DNA of 64,000 nucleotides. Source: Schizochytrium sp. TIO01 (lineage: Eukaryota > Protista > Bigyra: Labyrinthulomycetes). Below are positions 14,850 to 26,367 of the stretch, in pieces. The position numbers and the translations under genes are program-made. Each line of letters opens with the position of its first letter. Position 1 is the first letter of the stretch. Location: positions 1,364,001 to 1,428,000 of the forward strand of contig SMSO01000032.1 of NCBI GenBank assembly GCA_004764695.1. The letters run 5' to 3'. The notes below the pieces were generated by a model. That model had not been told where the DNA came from and did no database searches. It was given only the letters and a program-made list of their open reading frames with translations.

Positions 14850-17800
14850 CACTTACTTGAAAAAACTACTACATGAAGGGTAAGAGCTGCACAATTATCA
14901 CAACAGGAGAGGCTCAAAGGGAAACTCAGATTCAAAGATCGTGGCCCTGCCGAAAGATCCCTCGGACAGAAATACCTACCAGCAGGGTCAACTCCTGATC
15001 GGTCGCATGGCAGGACTTCCTTTGCTCTTCCGTAACGCACCAACTTAGCCATAAACAATAGAACGAATGGGACACTTGATGCCTGTCTCGTCGCACAAAA
15101 GACAGGAAGCCTTTGTCCAGTACAGTAGGACTGGCGTGCAATAACTGAGCAAGCGATGGCTTTTGTTATATAAAGTTATTTTCTGATTGGTGATAGGCAA
15201 ACGAAACCTAGTCATAGAAACGCGTGCGGTTCAACATGGTGTATTATGAAAACTTGGTGAGTGATTTTCTTTAGATTTGGTCTTTGCTAGATCGTTTTGT
15301 AGCGGTTAAAATATTTCCGAGAGTAAGAGGTTGAGAACGATTGTTCCAATGCTGCACAAAGAGAATCAATCACCGACCCGTCGATCCCCAATTTGTTAAT
15401 TTGAATACTTATACAGGCTTCAGAATGTGCTTGTATTTGCTGTCGTGAAGATTATGTAAGATTATATAATATTAATTAGATGACTGGAAGCTCATGTTTC
15501 GACGCGCGCAAAGCTTGATGTAGGTAGTACTCGTGTCGGTAATCTAACCAGAGATATTAATCAAGGCGGGGAAAGCATGCAAGTTTAAAGAAATTACATC
15601 ATTACCCCTCACCAAAATTGTCTATACAATGTACAACCGATGCTTTCCGATTTCCAGGGAAACCATACCGATTCCCACTCAACGATTTCCCAATTAGTGT
15701 GAGACTCCAGGCTCATGGTTACAGAGTTTATGTATATGTTAGATCTCAAACATTCGAAAAAGATTATTTTTGTGTGAATGATTTAACAAGCTATAAACAA
15801 GATAGCATCAATGATCGCCAGAAATGCCCCCTTTGTCTACTTCAGAATTTTTTTTTTTAATCACCCATCTCAAAACCACTAAGCATCTAGCCTTGAATGA
15901 TTTTACACCTCTTCGTTGTTTACATTTGTTTTTAAAGAGATTTGAAAGAGCGCGGCTTATCCGCATCGTTTTCTTGGTTCTTCTTATATGTAGAATGTAG
16001 TCTATCTCATAGCAAATACACTAGATTTTCAAATACTTCGACACAAAAGCTGTAACATCCAATGCTATCATCCTTTGATGGCCGCTTCTTGATTCAAAAT
16101 CGCACTCTGAGCTTTATGAGACTGCATGAAGTTTATATTATCCATCTTAAAATGTCTTTATCGAGGTAGAGCAGCAACTCATTTTTAGATAAATGTATTT
16201 GGTTTCATCGTCTCATAATTTGAACATTATTCATATGTGTGGCAAACAAAAAGACATTATGATGCGCGAGATCAATCGTTTCAACTTGCTTTTGAAATCA
16301 CCATCAAATTTATTTACTTTGACTTCGTATCTGACAATCTATATCTTGACAGGTAATAAAAGAATTAAGTTCAATCTTTCTATTCTTTTTGATCAGAATC
16401 TAAGAATTTATGTTTGAGGTTTCATTCCAAAAGAGGAAAATGAACGGTTGCATTCTTATCCTGACCTTTATTCTATTTTTTTTTTTTTAGCATTCAGGTC
16501 CTTTATGCAAACATTATTAGCCCAGGAAAGGAGTTCTCCTGCTTTAAGAAACACCAACTTTGCGACCCCATCTGAAGCGAGAAGATCGGTAAAATCCAGG
16601 CTTTCTTAGATTTCTCTTTCGTAAATGTGCGGCGTTCTAGTATGTGAGCTTCAGCACAATATTTTTCCCTTTCCTGTTACCTCCTTCCCTTGAGGAAGAA
16701 ATAAGCTACTACCTAGGTTCAATTCCAACCAGTTAAACCTAGCCTATATCGGCACACGTCCGCATCAACGGGAATAAGCTGTCGATCCAAGCCTCTCGGG
16801 TTCCAGGCCTGAAGGCTGGACTTCAATCAACGCCCCTTTTGGACGTTGACACTATGCACTTGCATCCTGGAATTAAAAGATCTCCACATTTTATTGACAT
16901 GCTCAGTAACATCTATAAGAGATGTTACTGTAAAAGTTATAGAACGTTGATCTAGCAGCCAACAACTCAGAAACGGCATAAAACACCCAAGTAACGAGTC
17001 CTCATGCTCAATGTGCGTGCGAGGCACTCGTTTCTAAAACAGGCTTTTTGTAGATTTCCTGGCGAGAAAGACAGGCAGTGAGAAAATTATTATTTTCACA
17101 AGCTGGCAGCCCTACAAAGTGAACGATGCGAGATCCATCTAACTACATTTAAGATGAACCCGTCTTTGGTTTCCAGCGTTCGAGCCTTGCTGATCAGATA
17201 ACTCTGAGGCTACCTGAGCTTAGTTGGTACCACCTTGGAAATGCCTGCGGGTACACGGTTGAGTTCCTGTAGATTGCATTACTTAGTGTTGGGAATAACC
17301 ATGAGAAAGGCTTTCTTTCTTCCTTTATTTGATTCTCACCCATCACTATCATTTCTGCAAGTTCTCATGATCGCAACAGCCACCCATCCATCTGTCTTGC
17401 TCCACCTATTCTTTTCTATGTTTGAACCTTGAAGTCTTGGTTGTATCAAGAACAAACTGCTCGCATCCCGAAGAGTGCTCCAGCCATGCCTCAACCAGCG
17501 ATCCTTCCAAATCCATTGTAAAAAGGAGGCTCTTCAAATCACCCTCAGTTTAGAAAGCCTGGAGTGGGAGAAACGCGCGAGACTTGGCGGGAATACCTTT
17601 GAAGATCCCTGCAACTGCTCTGCTGATGGCCCGGACCCCTAAGCTAAGTTTCTTCGAGTATAAGAAACTATACAAAGATTCCTGAAAAAGAGTTCCATAC
17701 ACTGCAAGACCTTTTAATCTTATGGTAGATGGCAAGAACACATAGCGTTATACTGATATGATCTCTTCGTCTGAATTTGATGCGTGTCCCAGAGTTGCTA

Positions 17801-20800
17801 GTAGGATGCATGGAGGGGTCAGCTGAATGTAATTGTCTGTGAAAAGGATCAGATTTTTAAGCAAAAAAAAAGCAATAGACGCAGTTCTGGAAATTTTTCT
17901 CAGTTTTCAAGACAGCCGAAAATAGTTCGCAGAGGAAGTTTCCCGTTGAAAGGAATTTGATGATCTCATGATGTACTTTATTCAATTCAATTTCTCGTTT
18001 TACATTATTTTTTAAGTATTTTTTATTGTGGAAGGCTACATGTATCTACGCAATCCATAACTGCTGAGATTGTCTTGCCAATCACAAACTTTATAATTAA
18101 ATCATAATGGCCTGGGGAAAAGCCTGTCAGGCTTTTTTAGCACATTAACTTCAGTCATTTTCTAAGAAGGGAACACCCATGCAGGTAACATGAAACTAGG
18201 CAACTAGCCCCACGACATTTGCGCAGCTGCGATGAGATTGCACACTTGAAATTAGGGTGGGCATAATTCAATAGAACCCTTGCTGCTGCCAAAGCCAAAT
18301 TTAGTAATCAACGGAAAGTATAAAAAAGAAATTATGCATGCATGATAACTCCCGAAATCTTCGAATGTTAGATTTATAGATAAAAGGTTGCTTTGAATGA
18401 CTGATTTTTCGAAATGAAAGAATATATCAACACCGTATGAGCAAAGCTAGACTTCGATCTGTTTGACAACCTTGATATAATTTAGATGCATAATAATAGA
18501 ATGAACAACAGATCTCAAAGTCTTTGGTAAAGTCTATTAAATTTTACGCTTATAAAATTGTCACTCTACTTAACCCAACTTAGATTAAATCAGCTCGTCC
18601 AGTATTTTAAAGTTATGCAATCTTTCAATATAAAGATATCCAAAGCAGGACTCAATATGCGCATAAAGGTTCGTTATGCACTCTCGAAGTACTCCTACTA
18701 ATTCAAAATAAATCATCCAGAATTTGTAGTCTTTCTCATCAGTATATGAAAAACGAAATCTTGCCAAAAAGGCTTTACCATTTCGCATGTTTCATACATT
18801 CAATCGAACTGTGGTAAAATAATACAACTTTGCATGATGATTTTAGGATATCTGAATAGGCATACCTACAAATCTTCACATTAACTAATTTATTATGTTT
18901 ACATTACTTAAACGTTGCTCTCCATTGAAATTCAAATATCAACACCAGAGGTTCTGAGTTTTCATTTATATTTTGATGAGAAGAAGGCTTTTTATCTCCT
19001 TTAATGCAGAGTGAGTATTCTCGAAAATTATTGCTTGTGGCATATTGGACGCCTCAATTTCTCTACTACTATATCTTGCGCTCTAGTCGTCCAGAGGTTG
19101 CCAGACGAGTTGATTTCAAGACGCTTGGAAACATGAAAACCTGGGAATGCATTTTCGACTTAGATTTTCAGTCGAAGTGACCGGTTGGACCTATGGAATT
19201 ACTGAGATCTTCAATCGAAGGGACATTAAAAATGAAAAATGTTCGAGTTCGTTCTTAGCATACCAATGTAAGCCTCAAGGATCAAGGACTTTCATAGGAA
19301 TAAAGCTAAATAACCATATTTATGCCAAAGATGTACATTCGCATTCGCTATAATCAAGTATGGTGGGGTTTGAATTGATCGCTTAAGAGATGAGTTGACA
19401 TAATCTCGTCAATTATTCAAATTGCTGAAAATTGTTACCTCATTAATCTGCAGTTGCCTAGGAAGACAAAGGCACTCTTGGAAAACATGACAGAGATTCA
19501 AGAAGGCGTTGTATAATTAGGTTTGTTGAAATTGTAATATGTTGACCTCCGAGATGAATAGAATACCAAGGTGTCATTAGGAGACTAGCACATACTTGAT
19601 CTATGTTACATGTAACCGAAGAGCTTAGGCCAACTTGCTTCCTCAACCACAACTTCGAGTGTAGCCTTACAAATTCGCTTCAAAATGTAGTGCGTCCCTT
19701 TAGTCCCTTGCACTCATACTTTTGTATCTGATTTTCTGATTCTTATCTCACATAATATCTAAGATTTTAGAACTTATACTATAGTGCCAAGACGTTGGTG
19801 TTGTATTGTTCTCAAGAGCCCTCGATTAATGTTCTCAGCAACCCCTAGCTTTAAAACGTTGCACTCTTTGGAAACTGGTCTGTGTAAAGCTCGTCCTCCA
19901 ACAATAAACGCACTGTATTTTATGAGTTTTTCTCCTATTGTTGCTATTATTAACGATCTCTGATCTTTTATGTAGTTCTGAGATCTTCCATCACGACTAT
20001 TTGATAAAAGAACAATGGAAGTTTAAATTATTTGCATTCAGATCAATCAGAGGTTGACTCGCACGATAAATGAAAACTATCTGAAGGCTAAAGAAGATTT
20101 AAGAAGGTTTCGCAAGCTTTGACTTTTTGATTTAGTAATCTGCTAACCTTAGAAACCAGATGGATTGATTGAGCTTTAACTGGGGGACTTCAACTGGGGG
20201 ACTTCAAAACACGCTCAGTTTGTAACACACATCATTAGAGAGGGTAATTCAATTAACCTCTTCGTGCTTTAATTCAGTTTTCACACGTCCTATTACACTC
20301 AAATACATGTAAGATTTTAATTATTAAGTCCTTATTTTCACAAGCAAATGTCTAGCTGGACTGTGTTACAGTTTTGTCTTTGATTGGCATTCTCAGTACG
20401 AAAGGAGAACAGTTTGCGCGAGCTTCCAGCAAGCTATTGCTATGAAGTTGTATCATAGAAGAACTCGAATCCAATATGAACAAACGGCACCAATTTTGAT
20501 GCGAATGGCATCTAATGTAAGCGTAATCAAATGCTGGAATTCAGCAATATGATATCGAAGTGAATATTCGATGAATGCTGTAGAACTTGATTTTCATATA
20601 CCTTACTGGGATTGAATGGATTAAACTTAACCATGTATAGATGAATAAATTCCGCTCACTTGGGCTTTGCCTCAGTTAGCTTGCTGCTCCTCTGATGAAA
20701 GATGAATCTGGTCAGCTAGAGGTTGAATATGAAAGTGAAGACAACAGGCTAGATATAGGCTCTAAGAGTTTTAGAAGGCATGATAATCTGTGGATTAGGA

Positions 20801-22430
20801 GTTAGATATCTGTCTTTGGAACCTAACTCCAAGGCAGACTGCTTCAGGTTGTAATTAAGAGACTGAGACACACTTGAACTGCGTAAGACACAATTCATAG
20901 GTTAGGTTAACTTGTCTCTTTTAACCATCGATTCAGATTCCACTATTGATTCTAGGAAGAGTGTATGCACAGTTTTGGCTCTTGACATCTAAACCAGGTA
21001 GGTCTGGTTGCCTAGTTCTATTCTATTGTAAACCCTATCTTCATGGGTTTTTACCAGGGGATGCCTAAAACTCTAGCAATATCTCATCAACTAGTTCCTT
21101 CAATTGAAGATCTCATCAGCATCCTCAATGCTCACGTCTTGGTGGAAGATGATCCCAAACAGCTTTAGGTTAATTAGAAAGGGAAAGTGAAGAGGAGAGG
21201 CTTAAAGAAAGTTTAGAAAGAGTTTTTATATTTGGTTTTGGAGTTAACGATCTTCTTCAAGGTGGACCAAATCATGTTTCACTAGGAAACTTTAGTAGAA
21301 GTAGTCTGTAAATACACTATATATCATTCAAAAGGATAATTCCTTTTGTCACTTCAGCTAGCAAGTTAGATTTCACGATTCACATTCTGTTTAACAAGTA
21401 TGTAAGCATTCAATTCTTGAGTTCCTTGGCTTCATAACCACGTATCTGATTTTCTAGTTTTACTTCCACGTGCAACCTTACTCCTGAGAACTTTGAAAGC
21501 TTCTACAGAAGGTCTAGTGATTTCTTTTTCACTAGCTGCTTCGCATGGAGATCACGGCAGCTGCTTGTCTTGCCAAAATTTAGTAAGGTTTAGGATGCAT
21601 ATATGCAACTAATATATACTCATATGGGTCCACTTTTCAGCATACTGTTACTGCGTCACTGATAAGATTCCAGTTTGGTAGAAAATGATGAGAAATGCTC
21701 AGTCTAGATCACAAAATGTGATTGAAAAGTGGAGATGTTGAATTCATACACTGCAACCAATCAGAGTGAAAAGGTGCATGATCAATTAGGACCACAAATA
21801 GACAAGGGTAGCTGATTCGACAAAATAAATATAGCATCGATAACATCAAATTCTTCAATTCTGTTTGGTGTCACAGAAAGACTTGTGCGGACGTAGCAAT
21901 TTCGTCAAATGTGAAAGTGGTGTTTTATATCTTCTATAGTAAGGAATCTGGTATTCATTTTGCATAGAAGCATACACAATTTAAAAAGCCTTGTTTCAGT
22001 GAATCAATTTTTCACAGAAGTCATCTGTCTTCCTGCGAAAATAGATTTCCGCGTAGACTCCCATAGTCGATAGGGTCAAGGTGCTTGAATTCTTTATGCT
22101 AAAAGTTCTACTTCAATCAGCTAGAGGTCGACTCTCAAGTTAAATGCAAGATGCTAAAAAAGGCCAAAGAAGACTTAGGAAGCCATTATTAATATGGTAC
22201 TGCCAAAATTAAGTGTTGGAGGAATAAGTAAATATAGCATTCGTAGAGTGGAGAAAAAAGCATTTGTTAAACCTAAAATTGCATAACACAAGCATTACCT
22301 AGGCGTAACAATCAATGATTTTTGAGAACATCAAGCAACAAATTGAACAAATCGCTTACCTACTCCGTAGATTGTGACTAGCCAAAGCTACAGCTGATGG
22401 CTAGGTTGCAATTGCGTGAGATGTGCTTAA
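14850..22430 (+). pseudogene. Decayed KLC-like TPR array (AT-rich block)
   Basis: 14949-14981 AERSLGQKYLP; 15039-15083 TNLAINNRTNGTLDA; 15932-15964 LKRFERARLIR followed by frameshifted LG; 16202-16255 VSSSHNLNIIHMCGKQKD; 16972-16992 NGIKHPS; 19115-19155 FKTLGNM/ENLGMHF; 20418-20510 ASFQQAIAMK...EQTAPILMRMA; 21261-21287 GGPNHVSLG. Confidence 0.6.
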
Positions 22431-22555
22431 ATAGTGTTTTTGTCCTTGGTGCTTAAAAAAAATCTAATATAATTATAATAATTTACAAGTTTTTAAAAAC
22501 GTTGGCAGAACGCTCATTCATGAGTCGAAACCTCTTCCTCGTGCTTCTTGCTTTT

Positions 22556-23800
22556 TCACTCGAGATCAAGCTGTTTGAGCTTATCTAAATTTCGCAAATC
22601 TCTCACTTGACAAGTATCAGCTTTCAGAAGGCATAGCAATCTTGCTGCATTTTAGAATGAGTTCCGAGATGAACTGTTCTCGTACATCGCTGAATGACGG
22701 AAGTCAATAAAATTTGCCTTCTTGGATCTTCATTTGACTGCAGGATGCTCGAAACTCTCAGGTGACCATGCAAAATACCACGCGCGCAAATCTGATCTGA
22801 AGCCCCATTGACACGTGTCTTAAACTCATCCGATAGAGAATCAAGAGATTCATAAGTGAGCGACCCACGTAAATAAAAAGTAGCAAAACTGTACTGAGAT
22901 CCACCTACATCAGTAATTGAACTGTGGCCCAGGTATCTGGGAATACGAACGCCTTGCAGGTCATACAGGTTCTCATAGACTATGCTTCAAATTTGACCTG
23001 CTCGAGACGCTCATCAGCATCTTCATGCTCACTGAGTTCGTTGTACTCGACCACCGCTCACTGGCCTCGAATCTCACACTCAACTGCATTACCCGTGTTG
23101 CAATTAAAAAAAGTGCTTGCAGTCATAGAGATCATACCTAGTGATGAGAATGGCATGTTCTTTGTAAGAGAAGTTCCTTCCCCTTTGACACGTAGTAGCA
23201 CTTCTAGATGCATTGACAGTAGGTTTTAGATCGCAGTCCCCAACCCATTTGCAATGGTCAAGAAAAATAGTATGCGCTTCTCCCTTTCGTCCTGTACGGT
23301 CCGTCCCTTTTTCTATCGCGCTTTAACAATATGGTCTTTCTCTGGCATTCCAAAACTGTTGTACTTCCTTCTCCATGGGAATCATGGTATCCTGAGGCGG
23401 GAACTGCGGGACTCTTAAGAAAAGAGTTGCGTGAGACCATCGGGTTGTAACAGACATGCTTCTTCAATCACAGGAACATGCTGCAGTACGGTCATAGTGA
23501 GGGTAGACAACAGCAAGCTTGCCAGAACTGACCATGTAGTTATACAACTGTCTAATTGAAGACGCAGTCCAGTGTCTCTCAGGATGGCACGGGTTTCAGT
23601 CGACGTCAAAATCACACCAACGACGTACAAACCTGTTAGGTTCTGGGTTAAGACTCTTCATTTCACCTACAAGTAAGGAATCAATCTCACCTCAGATCCT
23701 GTCTTTGATGGTTCCGACAATAGGGCCAAAGGAGGATTGCGCTGGCCTCCAGAACCTTCTTTTTCGAAGTCAAGTTTATCAGTTTTCTCTTGGAATTTGC
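22556..23800 (-). pseudogene. Crinkler (CRN)-like kinase pseudogene, with a possible upstream PD-(D/E)xK nuclease remnant
   Basis: Minus-strand translation across frameshifts: NTGNAVECEIRGQ*AVVE ... KFEA/VYENLYDLQGVRIPRYLG (22980-22927) ... QICARGILHGHLRVSSIL (catalytic loop HGDLxxxN mutated; HGHL at 22770-22759) .../FIDFRHS (DFG mutated; IDF at 22708-22700). Upstream, VGEMK (23670-23656) and VGVILTSTETRAILR resemble CRN restriction-endonuclease-fold motifs (weaker). Confidence 0.7.
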
Positions 23801-24750
23801 AAAAAGTAGCCAAAGGTATCCTTTAAACCCCAAGAGTGGAACTCATTGAAAGCCTACACACCAGATTCGACGCCTTCTCGGGCGCAGAGCCATCCTTACT
23901 TTTACTCCTTGATGGTGCACGTAATGACAGAATCCCAGCACAACAATTTTCCCTTTGTAATGACGAAGGGTGAATCATTCTAGATCTAGCCTGACCAACA
24001 AAACCCAGTTAGAACAGCACTGGACACTAGTTTTGCTTAAGCGTACCTTCCCGCTCTCAGCTTTTATCAGAACCCCCAAGCGATCTATCATCTGCGCAGC
24101 TTCAAAATTCTGTACTGAAAATAAAAGAATACAAAACCAGATTAGACCTCTTTTACTTTTAAAGAAAGAAAGAAATGACCCAAATGTCTTGTTTTTATCT
24201 AAGAGGTGACATCGAGTATGTCTCATGAAAAATGTCTATTACCTACACAACCAGTAGTAGTTTCTTTACTTTTGAAACGGACATTCGTCCTCCTCTCCCG
24301 AATTCAACCAACAGACCACCTCATAGTTTCCTCAGCTCGTAATCCTTCTCCAGCCTAAGAACTATCGGTCAGTCTAAAACACTTCTGGCGCAAGCAAGCG
24401 CCGAAGAAGTTTCTATTCTTAATCTTCATACTGGGTTACCTTACTAGTTGATAGTAAGTAGCCTTTAATTAGCATTTCTGGGCCTTCTTTTCTTTCTCTG
24501 TCGGGGATAGCAGCAATCTCCGAAGTCGCTTCGGATCGTCTCGCGTCTTTTGCTCGCGAGCGCTCTGGACCTTGAACCTTGGTGCAAATACAACGTCTTG
24601 TAATCATTGGCAGCTAGCAAAAAGACTGCCATTACTTGCTCCGCGCACTGTGGCTGTTTGGGACCTGACTTGTGTCAATTTGGCTAGAAGATTTTGCTTC
24701 AACTGACAACCGACGAAAGGTTTCACTGCTTATTGTGAAGATTCAAGACC

Positions 24751-26130
24751 ATGGTGAAGAGCTCTGGAGTTGCTTTGATCACCGCAGTTTTGGCTGCTTT
24801 CACTCCTCAAGCTATAGCAGAACGTTGGGCTGTGCTTGTGTGTGGCTCTCGCGGATACTTTAACTACCGCCACCATGCCGATGTTTGCCATGCGTATCAT
24901 AGTCTGCGTGCTCGCGGAATTCCTGACGATCGAATCATTACAATGATGTATGATGATGTTGCAAGTAGTAGGCTTAACCCGTTTCCGGGTCAGCTGTTCA
25001 ATCGTCCTAACACTGACGACGGCGTTGGCTCAATTGATGTATATAAGGACTGCAAGAAAGATTACACGCGGGGACACGTTACACCTAACAACTTTCTTCA
25101 TGTGATTGAGGGCAACTCTGAATTTACCTTTGGTCGCCCGGTTCTCAATTCTACTGAAGATGATGATGTATTTATCAACTTTGTTGATCATGGCGCCCCA
25201 AACCTAGTGGCCTTTCCCACTGGTGAACTGTACGCACGTCAGCTGATGAGCACAATCGAGCGCATGCGTGAAAAGCGTATGTTCCGCAATTTGGTGTTCT
25301 ATATGGAAGCCTGTGAGTCAGGTAGTATGTTTGCAGATCTTCCTTCGGACATGAACGTCTGGGCTGTCTCGGCTGCGAACGCACATGAATCCTCGTTTGC
25401 AACCTACTGTCCTCCCAAGGGCGACCTTGTAAACGGTGTACATTTAAACACTTGCCTTGGCGACCAATTCAGTGTCAACTGGATGGAAGACACCGACGCA
25501 GAGCTTGACGGCCAGAAGGAAACTCTGATTCAACAATACACCCGTGTTCAGAACAAGACTACTAAGAGTCATGTATTAGACTTTGGAGATCTTGTTGCCA
25601 TGTCTAAAGACGAAATCGATGAGTTCCTTGGAGCACCTGCGCCTGGTGGACGTCTTCGAGTGTTGCCGCGTCTCCCGAAGGAGATGACGGACTCACAAGT
25701 GGATTCCCGCGATGTTTCGCTTGTCTCAAAGTTTTACATGTACACTCGTAACCCTACTGAAGAAAATGCGGCTCAACTTCAGGCTGAAATGCACCATCGT
25801 CGCAATGTCGACAATATCTTTAGTCAGATTGCTGTGGAGCTCCTTGATGATCCACGTGAGGTTCAACAAATGCTTGGCGCCAGTGGTGTTGAATATGCTC
25901 AAGAACATGATTGCCACCGTGCTGCTAACAACGCGTTCAAGAACGCTTGCATTGAAGATCGCTCCTGGACAGACTATTCAATCAAATACTCTGCTACTCT
26001 CCAGTCTCTCTGTGAGCGCTATTCTGGCAAGGGTACTTACAAGGTGATTGAGGCCATTCATCGTGTATGTGGTGCGGTGGCGTCTAAAAGTGAAGCTGGT
26101 ATCGCCGTGGCTACGCTTGCATTGGAGTAG
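24751..26130 (+). CDS. LGMN: Legumain / asparaginyl endopeptidase (peptidase C13, VPE-like), secretory pathway
   Basis: 459 aa. Signal peptide; RWAVLVCGSRGYFNYRHHADVCHAY; catalytic His in DHG and catalytic Cys in YMEACESGSMF; TCLGDQFSVNWMED; C-terminal Cys-containing prodomain. Confidence 0.97.
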   Translation: MVKSSGVALITAVLAAFTPQAIAERWAVLVCGSRGYFNYRHHADVCHAYHSLRARGIPDDRIITMMYDDVASSRLNPFPGQLFNRPNTDDGVGSIDVYKDCKKDYTRGHVTPNNFLHVIEGNSEFTFGRPVLNSTEDDDVFINFVDHGAPNLVAFPTGELYARQLMSTIERMREKRMFRNLVFYMEACESGSMFADLPSDMNVWAVSAANAHESSFATYCPPKGDLVNGVHLNTCLGDQFSVNWMEDTDAELDGQKETLIQQYTRVQNKTTKSHVLDFGDLVAMSKDEIDEFLGAPAPGGRLRVLPRLPKEMTDSQVDSRDVSLVSKFYMYTRNPTEENAAQLQAEMHHRRNVDNIFSQIAVELLDDPREVQQMLGASGVEYAQEHDCHRAANNAFKNACIEDRSWTDYSIKYSATLQSLCERYSGKGTYKVIEAIHRVCGAVASKSEAGIAVATLALE

Positions 26131-26367
26131 ATTTGACCGCACAAATGATTTTCTTGAGGCCTTGATTTCTTCTTCAACAATCCCCGCCATGATACATTTC
26201 AAAAGAATCAAAATTCAAATTTAAATGACATAAATCAGATTATGTAAGTCAAATGAAAGTTTGGAGAGCTATAATTGATCAATCTACTTCATTATAATTG
26301 CAGATTTGAGTAGAAATAGTTTGCTTGTTAATCACATTGCATCACGGCTTACTCTTAAACAAAGTTT

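Noticed and set aside
16904-16930. Perfect 11-bp hairpin cagtaacatct-ataag-agatgttactg
   Set aside because: Isolated, with no associated element or target-site duplication; no function can be supported.
18108-18130. NGLGKS as a possible Walker A
   Set aside because: Lacks the first Gly and any downstream NTPase motifs; equally explained by the TPR xxLGK.
20385-20950. Tyrosinase-like fragments (WHSQY, IPYWD*, DTIH, FNHRFRFHY)
   Set aside because: Motif spacing is wrong, and the same frame fits the TPR consensus better (FQQAIAMK…TAPILMRMA), in line with the surrounding block.
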